DNA of 57,238 nt from an uncultured virus (IMG/VR IMGVR_UViG_3300025070_000012) (IMGVR_UViG_3300025070_000012:62001-119238); one strand, 5' to 3'; shown: positions 46,625-56,928, numbered from the stretch's first letter. Numbers and translations are program-made. The notes: generated by a model from the sequence alone, not told the origin.

Positions 46625-47032
46625 TTAATGCATTTTTTTTGAGGGACTTTCTAGTCCGTCCAACATATCGAATGTATGTTGTGAATATCCAGACTTGATA
46701 AGGTCAACAATATCTGGATAATAGGTTGTTGTCTCAACTGGAAAGGCATCAAGTTTGAGGTTCTTGGCAGTCTTTCCGAAACTATCTTTGATGAACCGTT
46801 GTGCTTCTTCGACTGATGCGAAGGAACAGGCACGATGGATTGAGAATGGATTGTCCTTTGCGAAGAGTGCAAAGGATTTGTCTAAATCTTCTTGAGCGAT
46901 ATACTCGCCTTCTTGAAGAAAGTTACTTTCAATTTCTTCCTCAAAGTCAGCCATTGTGTATGTTCCTAAGAACACACCATTACTGTCATCAATGATGATG
47001 TATCTCGTTTTAGTTTTGGGTAATTCGATCAT
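46625..47032 (-). CDS. Hypothetical protein
   Basis: GGAGGT RBS before ATG 47032. Confidence 0.65.
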   Translation of the reverse strand: MIELPKTKTRYIIIDDSNGVFLGTYTMADFEEEIESNFLQEGEYIAQEDLDKSFALFAKDNPFSIHRACSFASVEEAQRFIKDSFGKTAKNLKLDAFPVETTTYYPDIVDLIKSGYSQHTFDMLDGLESPSKKMH

Positions 47033-47087
47033 TGAACCTCCGTCTAATTGTATCGGGGTAGAAGATGACCTTCTGACTGTATTTAGG

Positions 47088-47195
47088 TTACGCATGTGTC
47101 TCCCAAACTACCTTTACATAATGAGCGTCCAAATGATCTCTGTAGTCAATTGCATCTAAAACGCAATTGAACCTTTTTCCATTAACTGTGTACAT
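47088..47195 (-). CDS. Small hypothetical protein (35 aa)
   Basis: MYTVNGKRFNCVLDAIDYRDHLDAHYVKVVWETHA; TAATG coupling. Confidence 0.45.
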   Translation of the reverse strand: MYTVNGKRFNCVLDAIDYRDHLDAHYVKVVWETHA

Positions 47196-47416
47196 TATCC
47201 CCAATCCTTAAAATCACCAGCGTCTTCGTTATCACGGTAACCTGCAGAGTAAGCAGCGATCTCTTCTGGTGTCATGTCTTCCAACTCAACAGCATCAGAT
47301 CGATATGTATCACCTACAAAGTAGTGGGGTCTGTACCCTCTTCCATAGTAACTATCAGCACCGCCCCTATCATAAGGGCCACCATGTCTATCATCATAGA
47401 GTAACTTTGATTCCAT
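47195..47416 (-). CDS. Small phage protein (RHGGPYDRGGADSYYGR)
   Basis: Recognisable motif; ends GDFKDWG. Confidence 0.7.
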   Translation of the reverse strand: MESKLLYDDRHGGPYDRGGADSYYGRGYRPHYFVGDTYRSDAVELEDMTPEEIAAYSAGYRDNEDAGDFKDWG

Positions 47417-47485
47417 AATATATTTCCTTACATCTTTCCTAACCAGTGTGTACAATCGTCATGAGGATCATCTCGACGAGGATCA

Positions 47486-48160
47486 TCATCCTTCTCCCTC
47501 ATAGAGTTCAGCATATGCGCTCCTTACTGACCAAAAATGTTCGAGGTAGTCGAATGTATCTACCTTGAACACCTGTGGTTCGTTATCGTCAACCGCAATG
47601 AGGATGACAGCTTGTTTGATAGGAACACCTGTTCTTTCCAAGAATGCAGCCGCATAAAAAGATGCCTGCATAAAGTAATTCTGAATGTGATCTTCCTTTT
47701 TGAGTTTTCTAGAAGTCTTGAAGTCGATTATCGACAACTCACCATCCCACTCAGCAATGCAGTCTACTTGACCTGCCGTTTTGAGTTTATCACTATATAA
47801 GAATTCTTCTTGAAACCAAACATTATTAAGGTTCTCATCAATCAGTCTTTTAATTGTATTGAACGTGAAGAGGTTTGCAGGCATATGTTTGTCCTGCCAA
47901 TTTTGCACGTTATCTATATAGTCTTCCGCAAGTTTGTGTACTGCAGTCCCACGTCCTGCTGCCCTACGAGAGATTCTATTTGCTTCCTCTGCACCCACAC
48001 GTCTTCGCCATTCTGCAATCGATTGTTTCGATAGAATGCCGAGGACTGTTGTGATTGAGGGGTATGCATTTCCTTCTGGAGTAAAGTATTTTCGACCAGA
48101 CTCTTTCGTTTCCCTAGTTAATTTGGGCAACTCAATGCCGTGGTCTACATGATTAAACAT
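47486..48160 (-). CDS. Cas4-like / PD-(D/E)XK exonuclease of T4-like phages
   Basis: YPSITTVLG, RGTAVH, AGQVDCIAE, IIDFKTS, YFMQASFYA. Confidence 0.88.
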   Translation of the reverse strand: MFNHVDHGIELPKLTRETKESGRKYFTPEGNAYPSITTVLGILSKQSIAEWRRRVGAEEANRISRRAAGRGTAVHKLAEDYIDNVQNWQDKHMPANLFTFNTIKRLIDENLNNVWFQEEFLYSDKLKTAGQVDCIAEWDGELSIIDFKTSRKLKKEDHIQNYFMQASFYAAAFLERTGVPIKQAVILIAVDDNEPQVFKVDTFDYLEHFWSVRSAYAELYEGEG

Positions 48161-48182
48161 ACTATCTCCAATTTCTTTTCAT

Positions 48183-48213
48183 ATTATAACAAATAAATTT
48201 TAGGTTGTCAAGC
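48183..48213 (-). promoter_or_regulatory. Early sigma70-type promoter
   Basis: GCTTGACA-17 bp-TATAAT (consensus). Confidence 0.8.
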
Positions 48214-48459
48214 TCTTTCTTCCGAAAGATGTGCGAGATAAGCTGCTTTAACTTCATCAGTATGAACTGCATTACAAATGGCTTGAACATCTGCGCTTTC
48301 ACCTGTGATGTCTGCATTTGGTGCAATGACATGTCGGTGAAAACTTGAAGAGAGTTCAACTCCATCTTCCAAGATTGCCGTTTTTGTGCGAACCTGCACC
48401 ATTTTGTAATCGCCTACGATCTCAATTTTATCTTGTGTTGTTACTTTTTCTAAAGCCAT
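48208..48459 (-). CDS. Small fibre-associated protein
   Basis: DKIEIVG...VQVR...EDGVELSSSFHRHVIAP...VQAICNAVHT; immediately follows the fibre gene. Confidence 0.7.
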   Translation of the reverse strand: MALEKVTTQDKIEIVGDYKMVQVRTKTAILEDGVELSSSFHRHVIAPNADITGESADVQAICNAVHTDEVKAAYLAHLSEERA

Positions 48460-48494
48460 TTATTTTCTCCTGTCCGACCCAATCTCCGAAAGGG

Positions 48495-51400
48495 TTAAGT
48501 TGTAGTCATTGTTCCTGATCCATATACTGTCCAACCATTAATTAAGTTAGTGCATAGGTAATTGGTAGTGTCTGGCCCACCTATTACCGTAACATATACT
48601 TTATTGTCATTAGTTCTAGTATACCCTGAGTAATATTGACCTGATCCAAGAGAGTCTGCCTCTCTAACAAAGTTAAAGTTTACGGTGTGACCCTCATCTG
48701 TAACACCTGCGGCAGTGTTTGTAAATGGAAGTCCACCAATATTGATATTTCCAGATCCACCAGATACCGAAGTTAATTTTATATAAAATCTATAATGAAC
48801 CAAGTTTCCGATTTTAGTATATCTACCACCAGTGCCGGCGTTATATGTAATTGTTGGATCACTGATAGTACCTAAAATAGTAGGAGTCCATTCGCCCTCT
48901 TCATAGTCATTTAAGATGTTACTTGTTGCGCTACCAGTACCACCGGCATCGCCAAAGACCACACCATCAGTTAAGTGGATTTCTTTAAATGCAGAACCAG
49001 TGGAACCTAAGTTTAGGTATCCAGAAGCACCTGATGTTGTTGCACCTGCAGGGAGTGTAGGCACAATTGCCGCCTGAGTCGATTCACCATCAAATCTTAT
49101 TCTTGGATCTGAATTAGTACCTTCTGATCCCATGTATAGATATTTACCTTGGTTGAGTCCAATCAGTGCCTTATCAACTCCAGCATCTGCCAACCTAAGT
49201 CTATTTCTATTATCAATTGTAACATCGCCATCAACATCAATTCCATCAGGACTTACTTCGAGCATATCAGTAAGAGTTCCTGCCTTTTGTACGGCATGAA
49301 CTATCTTTGCATCCTCTGTCCCACTAGTGACATCTACTGCTGATACAGTTACTCTTGCATATTCTTCATGATCGAAAGTAGTTGTGTTTTGACCTGTTCT
49401 ATAACTCGTCTGCGAAATGATCGTGTTATCAGTTGCGTTATAGTTTTGGTTTGTAATAATTGTTGTAACAGGAGTATCATCATTTGAAATTGATGTGCCA
49501 CCAAACATGTAAACAAGTCCACCAAGACCTGTGGCACTACCGCCTGTATTATCTACACTTACTCTAAAATCTGGGCCGCCGAATGGATCCCATCTTGCTG
49601 AACCTAAAGAGTGTTGTCCACCGTCACGGAGAATACCCATTCCATGTACAACTTCTTCTGCGTGACCTGCAGGGATATATCTGTTTGCCCCTGCAGTACC
49701 ATTTAAGGCATCTGTCCAATTAAAGAAAGCAAGAGAACCAATCTGTGCGCTACTTGGCACAAGATCAGCATTACCAGAAGAACCACCATTGAAACCACCG
49801 AAGTCACTTCTTTCAGTTATGTATTCAGTATTTGCATAACTACCAAACTTGTGTAAGACATTTTCGTCTGTTAATTCATCTCTTACTTTTTGACCGCCGT
49901 CATAATCTGTCCAGACATCATACGAACTAATAGATCCACCTGTTGCTTTATAGTTAATAGAAAGCATTGACGTTTGAGATGGAATCATAATCAATTCTGT
50001 ATATTCGTCATCATTAACACGATCTGTAACACGATACCTAGCAATATTATTTTGATGAGACAATGAAACACGGTCTTTATAATTACCCAAACCATCTAAT
50101 GCAGTTAATTTCAAACCTGAAATATTAGCATCACTGGTAATGTCTGCAGTATCATCAACTGTTTCATAAATTCTAAGTGAGTTTTCCATCCATACAGGAA
50201 GGTTTTCAAAGTGTGTAGCATATGTGGTTGAAGTCGGGTTGCCTCCAGCAGGTGTGTCACCTATTTTTAATGCTGGAGTTAGTGTTGTGTTAACCGTTAC
50301 ACCAAATACCATTTGTCCAACGTCTACACCACCAGTGTAATTATTCGAATGTTTGTTTGCACTGAGTCTTGCCATTTCACCAAGAGTACTGGTGATTGGA
50401 TCTGTATCAGTATCGGCATACCATTGGATGTCACCTATTGCCTGACCAAGAGTTGGCGTAGTATCTCTAGTTTCAAACTTCAGAGTACCTTCGCTGATAT
50501 TACCATCAGTACCTCTGTAAAGTGTTAGAGGGTTGTTCGTCTCATCACCCGCTCCCATTACAGCATCTAATGTTGGTATCGTTGTGGCGCCAAGTTCTGT
50601 AAAATTACTACCATCGTTAGTGAATTCCCAACGATCAAACCCTTCATGCCAACGAATACTTACGTTCGCCAAAGAACCACGTTCTACTTCTAAGTAAGAC
50701 CAGTTGGTACTTGAAGAAGAAGGCGAACCTGTCTGACCGTAGTTGAGAGTAATCTTACCACCATCACTCGCACCACCCGCTACATCTAGATTACCATTTA
50801 CGGTAATACCTGCCGTAGAGGTATTTCCTCTATTGGTTACATCTGCCAGAGTGTCTGTATATGAAGTCAGATAACTACTTAAATCTGGTGGAGTGTAAGT
50901 AAACACACCAGTTGTATTGTCATAAGATAGATCTGCAGTACCTGCAGTTGCAGTTGATGCACTCAAGTCTGTTAATGCGATACCACCACCGCCGCCACCT
51001 GACTGTGCGATCCATGCATAATCTGCACCATCCCAAGAAAGAACATATCCAGTTGTTGGGTTTGATTGATTTAAATGCGTATCTATAAGAGAGTCTATCG
51101 TACCGTTTACGAACACAGATTGTCCCGAATCCCAAAGCAGGGTTTCGTTATCTGCAAGACCAGAAATTGATACATCTCCTAGATCATCAAGGTTTGCGAC
51201 TGTAGAAGTACTGTAAGTGTTTGCATCATAGTACCACTCACCGCCATAGTTTCTCAAGAAACCATCTGTACTTGATCCGGCTGCCACAACGTTTGCAACT
51301 GCAGAAGCACCAAAGACTGGATCTGTCTCAGATCCACCGCCTCCGCTTAGTCCAGAAAGATCTGGTGGAGTGAATACAAATGTACCGTTAGAACTAGAGT

Positions 51401-53771
51401 AACTTAGTGAACCGTTTCCACTTGGTGTTGGATCGTCAATCGCAGTAAGATCGTTTAATTCAATTCCAGTAGACACAAGGTTTGCAGAGAACACACCAGT
51501 TGTGTTATCATAGGTTACGTCACCAGTTGCACTTAGATCTTCTAAGGTGATGAATGATGCACCGTTTGACAAAAGTGCATTGTTCGAACCTTCCAACATG
51601 ACGTTAACACCGCCGACTGTCGCCGCACCAACTTCAATTGAGTTAGTTGTGGAACTACCGTTCGTGGTAACATCGTCTAGAGTAAGTGAAGATGCAGGGA
51701 TGTCATTCGCTGTAATGTAAGTATTTGCATCCCAATACCAGTTGTTCGCACTGTCTTGTCTTAGGAAACCTTCACCATCTACAATGTCAGACGTTGTATG
51801 CGCATCGAAGATTGGATCTAGTTCAGCTGATAGGTAAGTAGCGTTATCATATGACCATGTTCCCCCACCATCGTTCTTCAACAATCCAAGACCATTAGCG
51901 ATATTGTATGTGGTATGCGCAGTGAAAACAGGATCTGTTTCAGAACCTGCAGATGTTACATATGTGTTGGAGTCATAAAACCAGTTACCCGCTCCGTCTT
52001 GTTTTAGGAAACCAGAACCGTTGTTGATGCTTGATGTAGTATGCGCACTAAAGATTGGATCAGTCTCGTTGTCTGGAACATCTGAACCTTGAATGTATGT
52101 GTTTGAATCATAATACCAAGAGTTTGCAGTTCCCAAGTTTCCAAGTAGACCTGTGCCTTGAACAATGTCATATGTTGTATGCGCAGTAAAGACTGGATCT
52201 GTTTCTACAGCCGTACTTGTGATATAAGTGTTCGAATCGTAGAACCAGTTACCTGCACCATCTTGTGCAAGAAAACCACTGCCGTTGTTGATGTTTGCAG
52301 TAGTATGTGCACTAAAGACTGGATCAGTTTCAGTTAGAAGATATGCCTGTAAGTCAGTGATTTGACTTTCTGTAATACGAAGATCTGATTGGTGTTGTAC
52401 GACACTTGTATTAGAAATGTATGCATCTGGTACAATGTCCCAAGTAACAATAGATGATAGATCATTTGATTCTGCACCAGCGTTAATAGTAATGTATGTA
52501 AGACCAGTTGCTTGTGCATTTACTGCGACAACTTGGTTCTGTGCACCACTATAGTTGTTTGGTGTATCAGATAGTCCTACGAATGTGGTTGTACCACCAC
52601 CACCGCCTGATACGGTCTGAAAACTAAAGTTTCCGTTTCCATCTGTTTGAAGGTATTGTCCAGCTGAACCATCGTTGATATTGTTACTATTAGAATTTGT
52701 TAAATCAAGAAGACCTGCAACAATGCCTGCATCAGTAAGAGTTGTGGGTGTATTAGTGAGACTATTCCAGTCACCATCGAAAGTTGAATAATCTGTACCC
52801 GAAACTGCAGCAGATATATTACCACTACCATCCGCCTTAACAATACCAGTGATTGCACCTACGACTGGATCTGTCTCAGATCCACCACCACCGCCTGCCG
52901 CAATCCACTGGAAGTCGATACCTGTCCAAGAAAGAACTTGTCCAGTTGTCGCACTTAATGTGTTGAGGTGGGAAGAAACATCAGAGTCTCCATAAGATCC
53001 TGTAACTGTTAAGTCACCAGCGCCAAGAACAGAAACACCATTGATTGTTTTGATTGAAGAACCAGATACGAGAGTTGTCTGACCATCTGTAATACCATAA
53101 CCAGACAAGGTTGTAGGAGTGCCTGTCAAAGAAGACCACGCACCATCGAATGCATCGATAATACCAAAACCCGATATTGTGTTTGGTTTGTTTGTGATGG
53201 ACGACCAATCTGTAGAGGCAGTAAGTGAAATATCACCAGAACCCATAAGAGAGTTGCCGTTAACAGTCTTGATATTTGTACCAGACACAAGAAGTGGTTG
53301 TGCATCTGTAATACCGTAACCTGACACTGTAGTAGGTGTACCAGTCAAGGAACTATATGCAAAGTCTTGTGAGAATGACGCAGCGATAGTAAGAGTATCA
53401 GTCGATGCGTTTGTTGTCAGAGTGATGTTCGAACCTGCGGCGAAGTTGATAGTGTCAGTTGAACTATCCGCATCAATATTGGTTTGACCAGATACTGAGA
53501 AAGTACTGAATGCGTTTTGGTTTACTTCACCACCGCCTCCGCCTCCGCCAGCGAGTGCACCCCAAGAAGTGGTGTATCCTTCAAACTGGTTGAGTTGGTT
53601 ATTGTACCTCAGATAACCTGCTGCTGGCGAACTGTCACGTTCTGCAGTAGTCCCTGCAGGGATTTGAATAGATCCAGTAGAACTGGTGCGAGGGGCAATC
53701 TGCTCGAGGTTGTCATCCATCTCTTGATACGTGAGGGATGAACCTTTTGTAATTCGTTTTGTAATCGCCAT
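48495..53771 (-). CDS. Large virion fibre / structural protein (1758 aa)
   Basis: MAITKRITKGSSLTYQEMDDNL start; IPAGTTAER...GYLRYN...FEGY; poly-Gly hinges; ETDPVF repeats; C-terminal LNDYEEGEWTP...YTKIGNLV...GLPF receptor-binding-type domain. Confidence 0.8.
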   Translation of the reverse strand: MAITKRITKGSSLTYQEMDDNLEQIAPRTSSTGSIQIPAGTTAERDSSPAAGYLRYNNQLNQFEGYTTSWGALAGGGGGGGEVNQNAFSTFSVSGQTNIDADSSTDTINFAAGSNITLTTNASTDTLTIAASFSQDFAYSSLTGTPTTVSGYGITDAQPLLVSGTNIKTVNGNSLMGSGDISLTASTDWSSITNKPNTISGFGIIDAFDGAWSSLTGTPTTLSGYGITDGQTTLVSGSSIKTINGVSVLGAGDLTVTGSYGDSDVSSHLNTLSATTGQVLSWTGIDFQWIAAGGGGGSETDPVVGAITGIVKADGSGNISAAVSGTDYSTFDGDWNSLTNTPTTLTDAGIVAGLLDLTNSNSNNINDGSAGQYLQTDGNGNFSFQTVSGGGGGTTTFVGLSDTPNNYSGAQNQVVAVNAQATGLTYITINAGAESNDLSSIVTWDIVPDAYISNTSVVQHQSDLRITESQITDLQAYLLTETDPVFSAHTTANINNGSGFLAQDGAGNWFYDSNTYITSTAVETDPVFTAHTTYDIVQGTGLLGNLGTANSWYYDSNTYIQGSDVPDNETDPIFSAHTTSSINNGSGFLKQDGAGNWFYDSNTYVTSAGSETDPVFTAHTTYNIANGLGLLKNDGGGTWSYDNATYLSAELDPIFDAHTTSDIVDGEGFLRQDSANNWYWDANTYITANDIPASSLTLDDVTTNGSSTTNSIEVGAATVGGVNVMLEGSNNALLSNGASFITLEDLSATGDVTYDNTTGVFSANLVSTGIELNDLTAIDDPTPSGNGSLSYSSSNGTFVFTPPDLSGLSGGGGSETDPVFGASAVANVVAAGSSTDGFLRNYGGEWYYDANTYSTSTVANLDDLGDVSISGLADNETLLWDSGQSVFVNGTIDSLIDTHLNQSNPTTGYVLSWDGADYAWIAQSGGGGGGIALTDLSASTATAGTADLSYDNTTGVFTYTPPDLSSYLTSYTDTLADVTNRGNTSTAGITVNGNLDVAGGASDGGKITLNYGQTGSPSSSSTNWSYLEVERGSLANVSIRWHEGFDRWEFTNDGSNFTELGATTIPTLDAVMGAGDETNNPLTLYRGTDGNISEGTLKFETRDTTPTLGQAIGDIQWYADTDTDPITSTLGEMARLSANKHSNNYTGGVDVGQMVFGVTVNTTLTPALKIGDTPAGGNPTSTTYATHFENLPVWMENSLRIYETVDDTADITSDANISGLKLTALDGLGNYKDRVSLSHQNNIARYRVTDRVNDDEYTELIMIPSQTSMLSINYKATGGSISSYDVWTDYDGGQKVRDELTDENVLHKFGSYANTEYITERSDFGGFNGGSSGNADLVPSSAQIGSLAFFNWTDALNGTAGANRYIPAGHAEEVVHGMGILRDGGQHSLGSARWDPFGGPDFRVSVDNTGGSATGLGGLVYMFGGTSISNDDTPVTTIITNQNYNATDNTIISQTSYRTGQNTTTFDHEEYARVTVSAVDVTSGTEDAKIVHAVQKAGTLTDMLEVSPDGIDVDGDVTIDNRNRLRLADAGVDKALIGLNQGKYLYMGSEGTNSDPRIRFDGESTQAAIVPTLPAGATTSGASGYLNLGSTGSAFKEIHLTDGVVFGDAGGTGSATSNILNDYEEGEWTPTILGTISDPTITYNAGTGGRYTKIGNLVHYRFYIKLTSVSGGSGNINIGGLPFTNTAAGVTDEGHTVNFNFVREADSLGSGQYYSGYTRTNDNKVYVTVIGGPDTTNYLCTNLINGWTVYGSGTMTTT
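51715..52335 (-). repeat. Five tandem roughly 40-aa repeats (ETDPVFxAHTTxxIxxGxGFLxxDGxGNWxYDxNTY)
   Basis: Seen in the translation; further ETDP copies lie elsewhere in the gene. Confidence 0.85.
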
Positions 53772-53789
53772 TTAGTAGAGTCTCCGCCC

Positions 53790-54191
53790 TTAAAATTGTG
53801 ATATATAATCGCTTGGATCATATGGCCCGCCAGTGTTCGCACCAGTGTCGTCGAAGTAGTTACCGACGAAGGCAGCGTATTCTGGTTCAGTACCAAATGC
53901 ATCTTCAAAATAATTATTTGCTACATAATATATATCTACATACGAGGTTGCGGCCGTGATAACATAATCAACATCGACATAGCCTGGCGTAAAGTAAAAT
54001 GCACTCGTGTCTTGAAAGACGCCAGGGTTTGGATCAATATAACCAAACTGTGTATATTCAAATAGTTCAATTTCTTCATCAGTCAATTCCTCTTGAAAGG
54101 AATATGCTTGATCAATTAACGCTTGTCTTAGAACTGGATCCGTTTCTGCAGCGATCTGTGCAAGTAACGCAGCATAGTCTGGATTTGCCAT
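53790..54191 (-). CDS. Hypothetical acidic, Tyr-rich virion-associated protein
   Basis: GYIDPNPG / GYVDVDYV / YYVANNYF repeats; lies between PAAR and the fibre gene. Confidence 0.6.
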   Translation of the reverse strand: MANPDYAALLAQIAAETDPVLRQALIDQAYSFQEELTDEEIELFEYTQFGYIDPNPGVFQDTSAFYFTPGYVDVDYVITAATSYVDIYYVANNYFEDAFGTEPEYAAFVGNYFDDTGANTGGPYDPSDYISQF

Positions 54192-54192
54192 A

Positions 54193-54486
54193 TCATTGTC
54201 CTACGTTAATCTTAAACAATCCGCCTCTTGAACTATTCCCACCCCAAGATCCATGACCACCTGTTGCATCACCATACCTATGGACAAAAGCCCCAACCGC
54301 ACGAACTTTGGATGATCCACCAACAGCGGGATCTCCACAACCAGTTTTGTCACCAATACGGATCACTTCTCTTCCACCACCCCACACCTTATCTTGCCCC
54401 GCTACGTACGGAGTTCTATGAAAGGGGTTTGGTGTAGGAGAAGCGTGTCCTACATGAAAGTGACCTTTAACTGTTAATCTCGGCAT
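54193..54486 (-). CDS. PAAR-repeat spike-tip protein (T4 gp5.4-like)
   Basis: 97 aa; VIRIGDKTGCG...GSSKV...VHRYGDATGGH, with His/Cys metal ligands. Confidence 0.8.
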   Translation of the reverse strand: MPRLTVKGHFHVGHASPTPNPFHRTPYVAGQDKVWGGGREVIRIGDKTGCGDPAVGGSSKVRAVGAFVHRYGDATGGHGSWGGNSSRGGLFKINVGQ

Positions 54487-54487
54487 C

Positions 54488-54739
54488 TTACCAATCGTTT
54501 ATCTTGTTCTGGATATTTCTAGAGCCAGGGTGGTGTTGCTTCACATTTTTTAGTACATCACGAAAGCCTGCATCTGGTTTCCTCAATCCTAAACGAACCG
54601 AATCACCAATAGATGGTGGCTTCGATATGAATTGTTTCAACTCAGGATGCGCTTCCTTATATGCGTCAAGGTCACTAATTTTCATAGTGACCTCAAATTC
54701 TTCATTAGTATTTATGTTTTTAAAGTTGTATGTTGGCAT
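54488..54739 (-). CDS. FmdB-like small protein lacking the Zn-ribbon cysteines
   Basis: MPTYNFKN...EEFE...GFRDVLKNVKQHHPGS, common in T4-like phages. Confidence 0.65.
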   Translation of the reverse strand: MPTYNFKNINTNEEFEVTMKISDLDAYKEAHPELKQFISKPPSIGDSVRLGLRKPDAGFRDVLKNVKQHHPGSRNIQNKINDW

Positions 54740-54742
54740 ACT

Positions 54743-55327
54743 CTATCCTGTGATAATATGGTAAATCTCCTTCCAGTCCCGAACCCGCTTGACAGGGCCA
54801 TCGTAACTTACGTTGTGACTGTGGGCGACTAGTAAAGTATCTAGGCCAAGATCGTGACCTAAGTCAGCGTTCTCAGGTTTGTCTTCAACCCAGTAACAAC
54901 CAGTTCCCCGATAAGGTTCGAGTTCTTCGTCCTTATCAGCACCAGTGTCAAGGTAGACATACCGTTCGAAGGCAGTCTCACCAAAGAGTTCCCGAAGGTT
55001 CTTAGACCGTAGATGTTGAGCGTATTGATCGTTACTCAAACTAGTAATCGCATGGAATACATATCCATGTTCTTCGTGGAGTTTTTTCACGTATTTTATT
55101 GCGTCCCGAAGAGGAGGCAATTTCCGAATCCAAGCAGACTCGTTGAACATCCGAACCAACCGTTTTGATTCTTTCCGTTCGATACCGTATTTGGTATCCA
55201 TATCATAGCAACCATCTTGGACAACCCGATAACCATGCCGGTACATCCATTGACCGAAAGCGTACTCCCAGTCTAATAGAACTCCGTCACAATCGGTGAG
55301 GATGGTTTTTTCTTTAGTAGCAATCAT
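54743..55327 (-). CDS. HAD-superfamily phosphatase, 5'(3')-deoxyribonucleotidase-like
   Basis: Motif I LTDCDGVL, ITS, K, WVEDK. Confidence 0.8.
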   Translation of the reverse strand: MIATKEKTILTDCDGVLLDWEYAFGQWMYRHGYRVVQDGCYDMDTKYGIERKESKRLVRMFNESAWIRKLPPLRDAIKYVKKLHEEHGYVFHAITSLSNDQYAQHLRSKNLRELFGETAFERYVYLDTGADKDEELEPYRGTGCYWVEDKPENADLGHDLGLDTLLVAHSHNVSYDGPVKRVRDWKEIYHIITG

Positions 55328-55356
55328 AATATATCTTTCTTTCTTAGTACACTATT

Positions 55357-55388
55357 AATATAGTCTATAATGCACCAAATGTCAAGCC
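55357..55388 (-). promoter_or_regulatory. Early sigma70-type promoter
   Basis: GGCTTGACA-17 bp-TATATT. Confidence 0.75.
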
Positions 55389-55415
55389 CTAATTTGAAAT
55401 TAATTCAAATTTTTT

Positions 55416-55586
55416 TCAATTGTCTCTAAAGTCTTTAAACGCTATGTGTTTTCGTTCACGTACTTCTTGCTTACGTTGCTTATTCTTTTTAGCACGTTCT
55501 TTTTCTCTGAGACGGTCTTCATTAACATCGCCCCATTCATCATCGTAATGATCATTTTTGCGGAAGTTCTTGAATTTTTTTGCCAT
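55416..55586 (-). CDS. Small charged protein (56 aa)
   Basis: MAKKFKNFRKNDHYDDEWGD...; AAGGA RBS. Confidence 0.6.
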   Translation of the reverse strand: MAKKFKNFRKNDHYDDEWGDVNEDRLREKERAKKNKQRKQEVRERKHIAFKDFRDN

Positions 55587-55592
55587 TGTCCT

Positions 55593-56027
55593 TTAACTCA
55601 GTTTGATTGGATCTATAAAAATACGTGGAAATGCTTCTTCCACTGTTGCTTTTGTAAGACCTTTGATCTTCTGTCGAGTGATCATCTTACAGAGCATATC
55701 TGCATCAGACTCACAAACGTCTTCTAGTAGTCCGATGAACAGAGATTCTCTCTTTGTTTGGTTTAGGTTATCGTAACCACCACCTCTTACAAAGATGCGA
55801 AGTTTTCGAAACTCGTGATATAACATCATACCTTCATCAGGTGTCTGATTTTTGTTATAGGGTGGAGCTTCATCTGGTACAAGGAATTCTGCACCTTCGT
55901 CATACAACAATCTAAGACAGGTGCGCATAGGTACTGAGTCGTTAGCCTGTAGCCACTCTGTCTTTTCTTTCTTTGACCGCATTTTTGCGGCACGTTCCAA
56001 TACGATAGATATCGCCAATCGTTTCAT
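55593..56027 (-). CDS. Conserved T4-like phage protein next to rnh
   Basis: PPYN...LYHEFRKL...LNQTKRESLFIGLLE...VEEAFP. Confidence 0.7.
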   Translation of the reverse strand: MKRLAISIVLERAAKMRSKKEKTEWLQANDSVPMRTCLRLLYDEGAEFLVPDEAPPYNKNQTPDEGMMLYHEFRKLRIFVRGGGYDNLNQTKRESLFIGLLEDVCESDADMLCKMITRQKIKGLTKATVEEAFPRIFIDPIKLS

Positions 56028-56029
56028 TT

Positions 56030-56896
56030 TTAAAAGTCCTGTATATCAGTGAGAAGGTTCTTTAGTTTATTTTTAACAAAGAAGTTGAAGAGGTGTTCTC
56101 TACCAACTGTTTTTTCTTCATCAAACTTCTCTACAATTTCGTCTTTATAGTTTTGAGGCACTTCATTCAGATCAATCATCATACGATTACGATGGAATGC
56201 AGAAAGAACTTCTTCAGACATTCCTTTTTCACCTTGATCCAAAAGAGTGTATAGTCTCTTGGAAGTCATTGGTCTTTGACGTTCACCAATCGCTAAACAG
56301 TTATCTGGAGAGAGAACATTTGGTACTCCATCCCCTGCGTCACCCTTCAATAGATGCTCCTTGAAATATTTCTCAGGATTATCATTGCGGATCCACCGTT
56401 TACGTACTGGATCATACTGACCAACGTTTGCATAGTTATGTAATTGAATATAATCCTTGTCACCAGACAAGATCAAATACTTTTCACTACCTGTATTTAG
56501 TTCAGTTCCTTCACGGTGAACGATTGTTCCAATAATATCATCTGCCTCACATCGATCAATATTTATGACTTTGTAAGGAAAGAATTCGTCTAGTTCGTCA
56601 CGAATCTTGTGAACAACTGTAAAAAGTTTGTTCCAGTCGATATCAGACTCATTACGAGCCTTCTTCCGATTTGCCTTGTAGTAAGGATATATATCTTTTC
56701 GCCATACATTCTTACTATCACAACAAATAATAATTTCGCCCCATTCTTCCGTAAACTTCTTACGGTTGAAACGAATTGAATTGAGAAACATGTGACGAAT
56801 CATTGACTCGTCAATGTCACTTTCATTGGCGTGACCACCAGTCGCTGCGAAGAACGAGGCGAGCATCACCTGATTAAAATCTACTAAGATTGCCAT
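56030..56896 (-). CDS. rnh: T4-type RNase H (5'-3' exonuclease / flap nuclease)
   Basis: ILVDFNQ, WRKDIYPYYKANRK, EADDIIG, ILSGDKDYIQL, KGDAGDGVPN. Confidence 0.93.
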   Translation of the reverse strand: MAILVDFNQVMLASFFAATGGHANESDIDESMIRHMFLNSIRFNRKKFTEEWGEIIICCDSKNVWRKDIYPYYKANRKKARNESDIDWNKLFTVVHKIRDELDEFFPYKVINIDRCEADDIIGTIVHREGTELNTGSEKYLILSGDKDYIQLHNYANVGQYDPVRKRWIRNDNPEKYFKEHLLKGDAGDGVPNVLSPDNCLAIGERQRPMTSKRLYTLLDQGEKGMSEEVLSAFHRNRMMIDLNEVPQNYKDEIVEKFDEEKTVGREHLFNFFVKNKLKNLLTDIQDF

Positions 56897-56928
56897 ATTA
56901 TAATTTCCAACAAATTTACATTACCATA

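Noticed and set aside
47486..48160. CRISPR-Cas locus suggested by the Cas4-like nuclease
   Set aside because: No repeat-spacer array or other cas genes seen; this exonuclease is a usual gene of marine T4-like phages.
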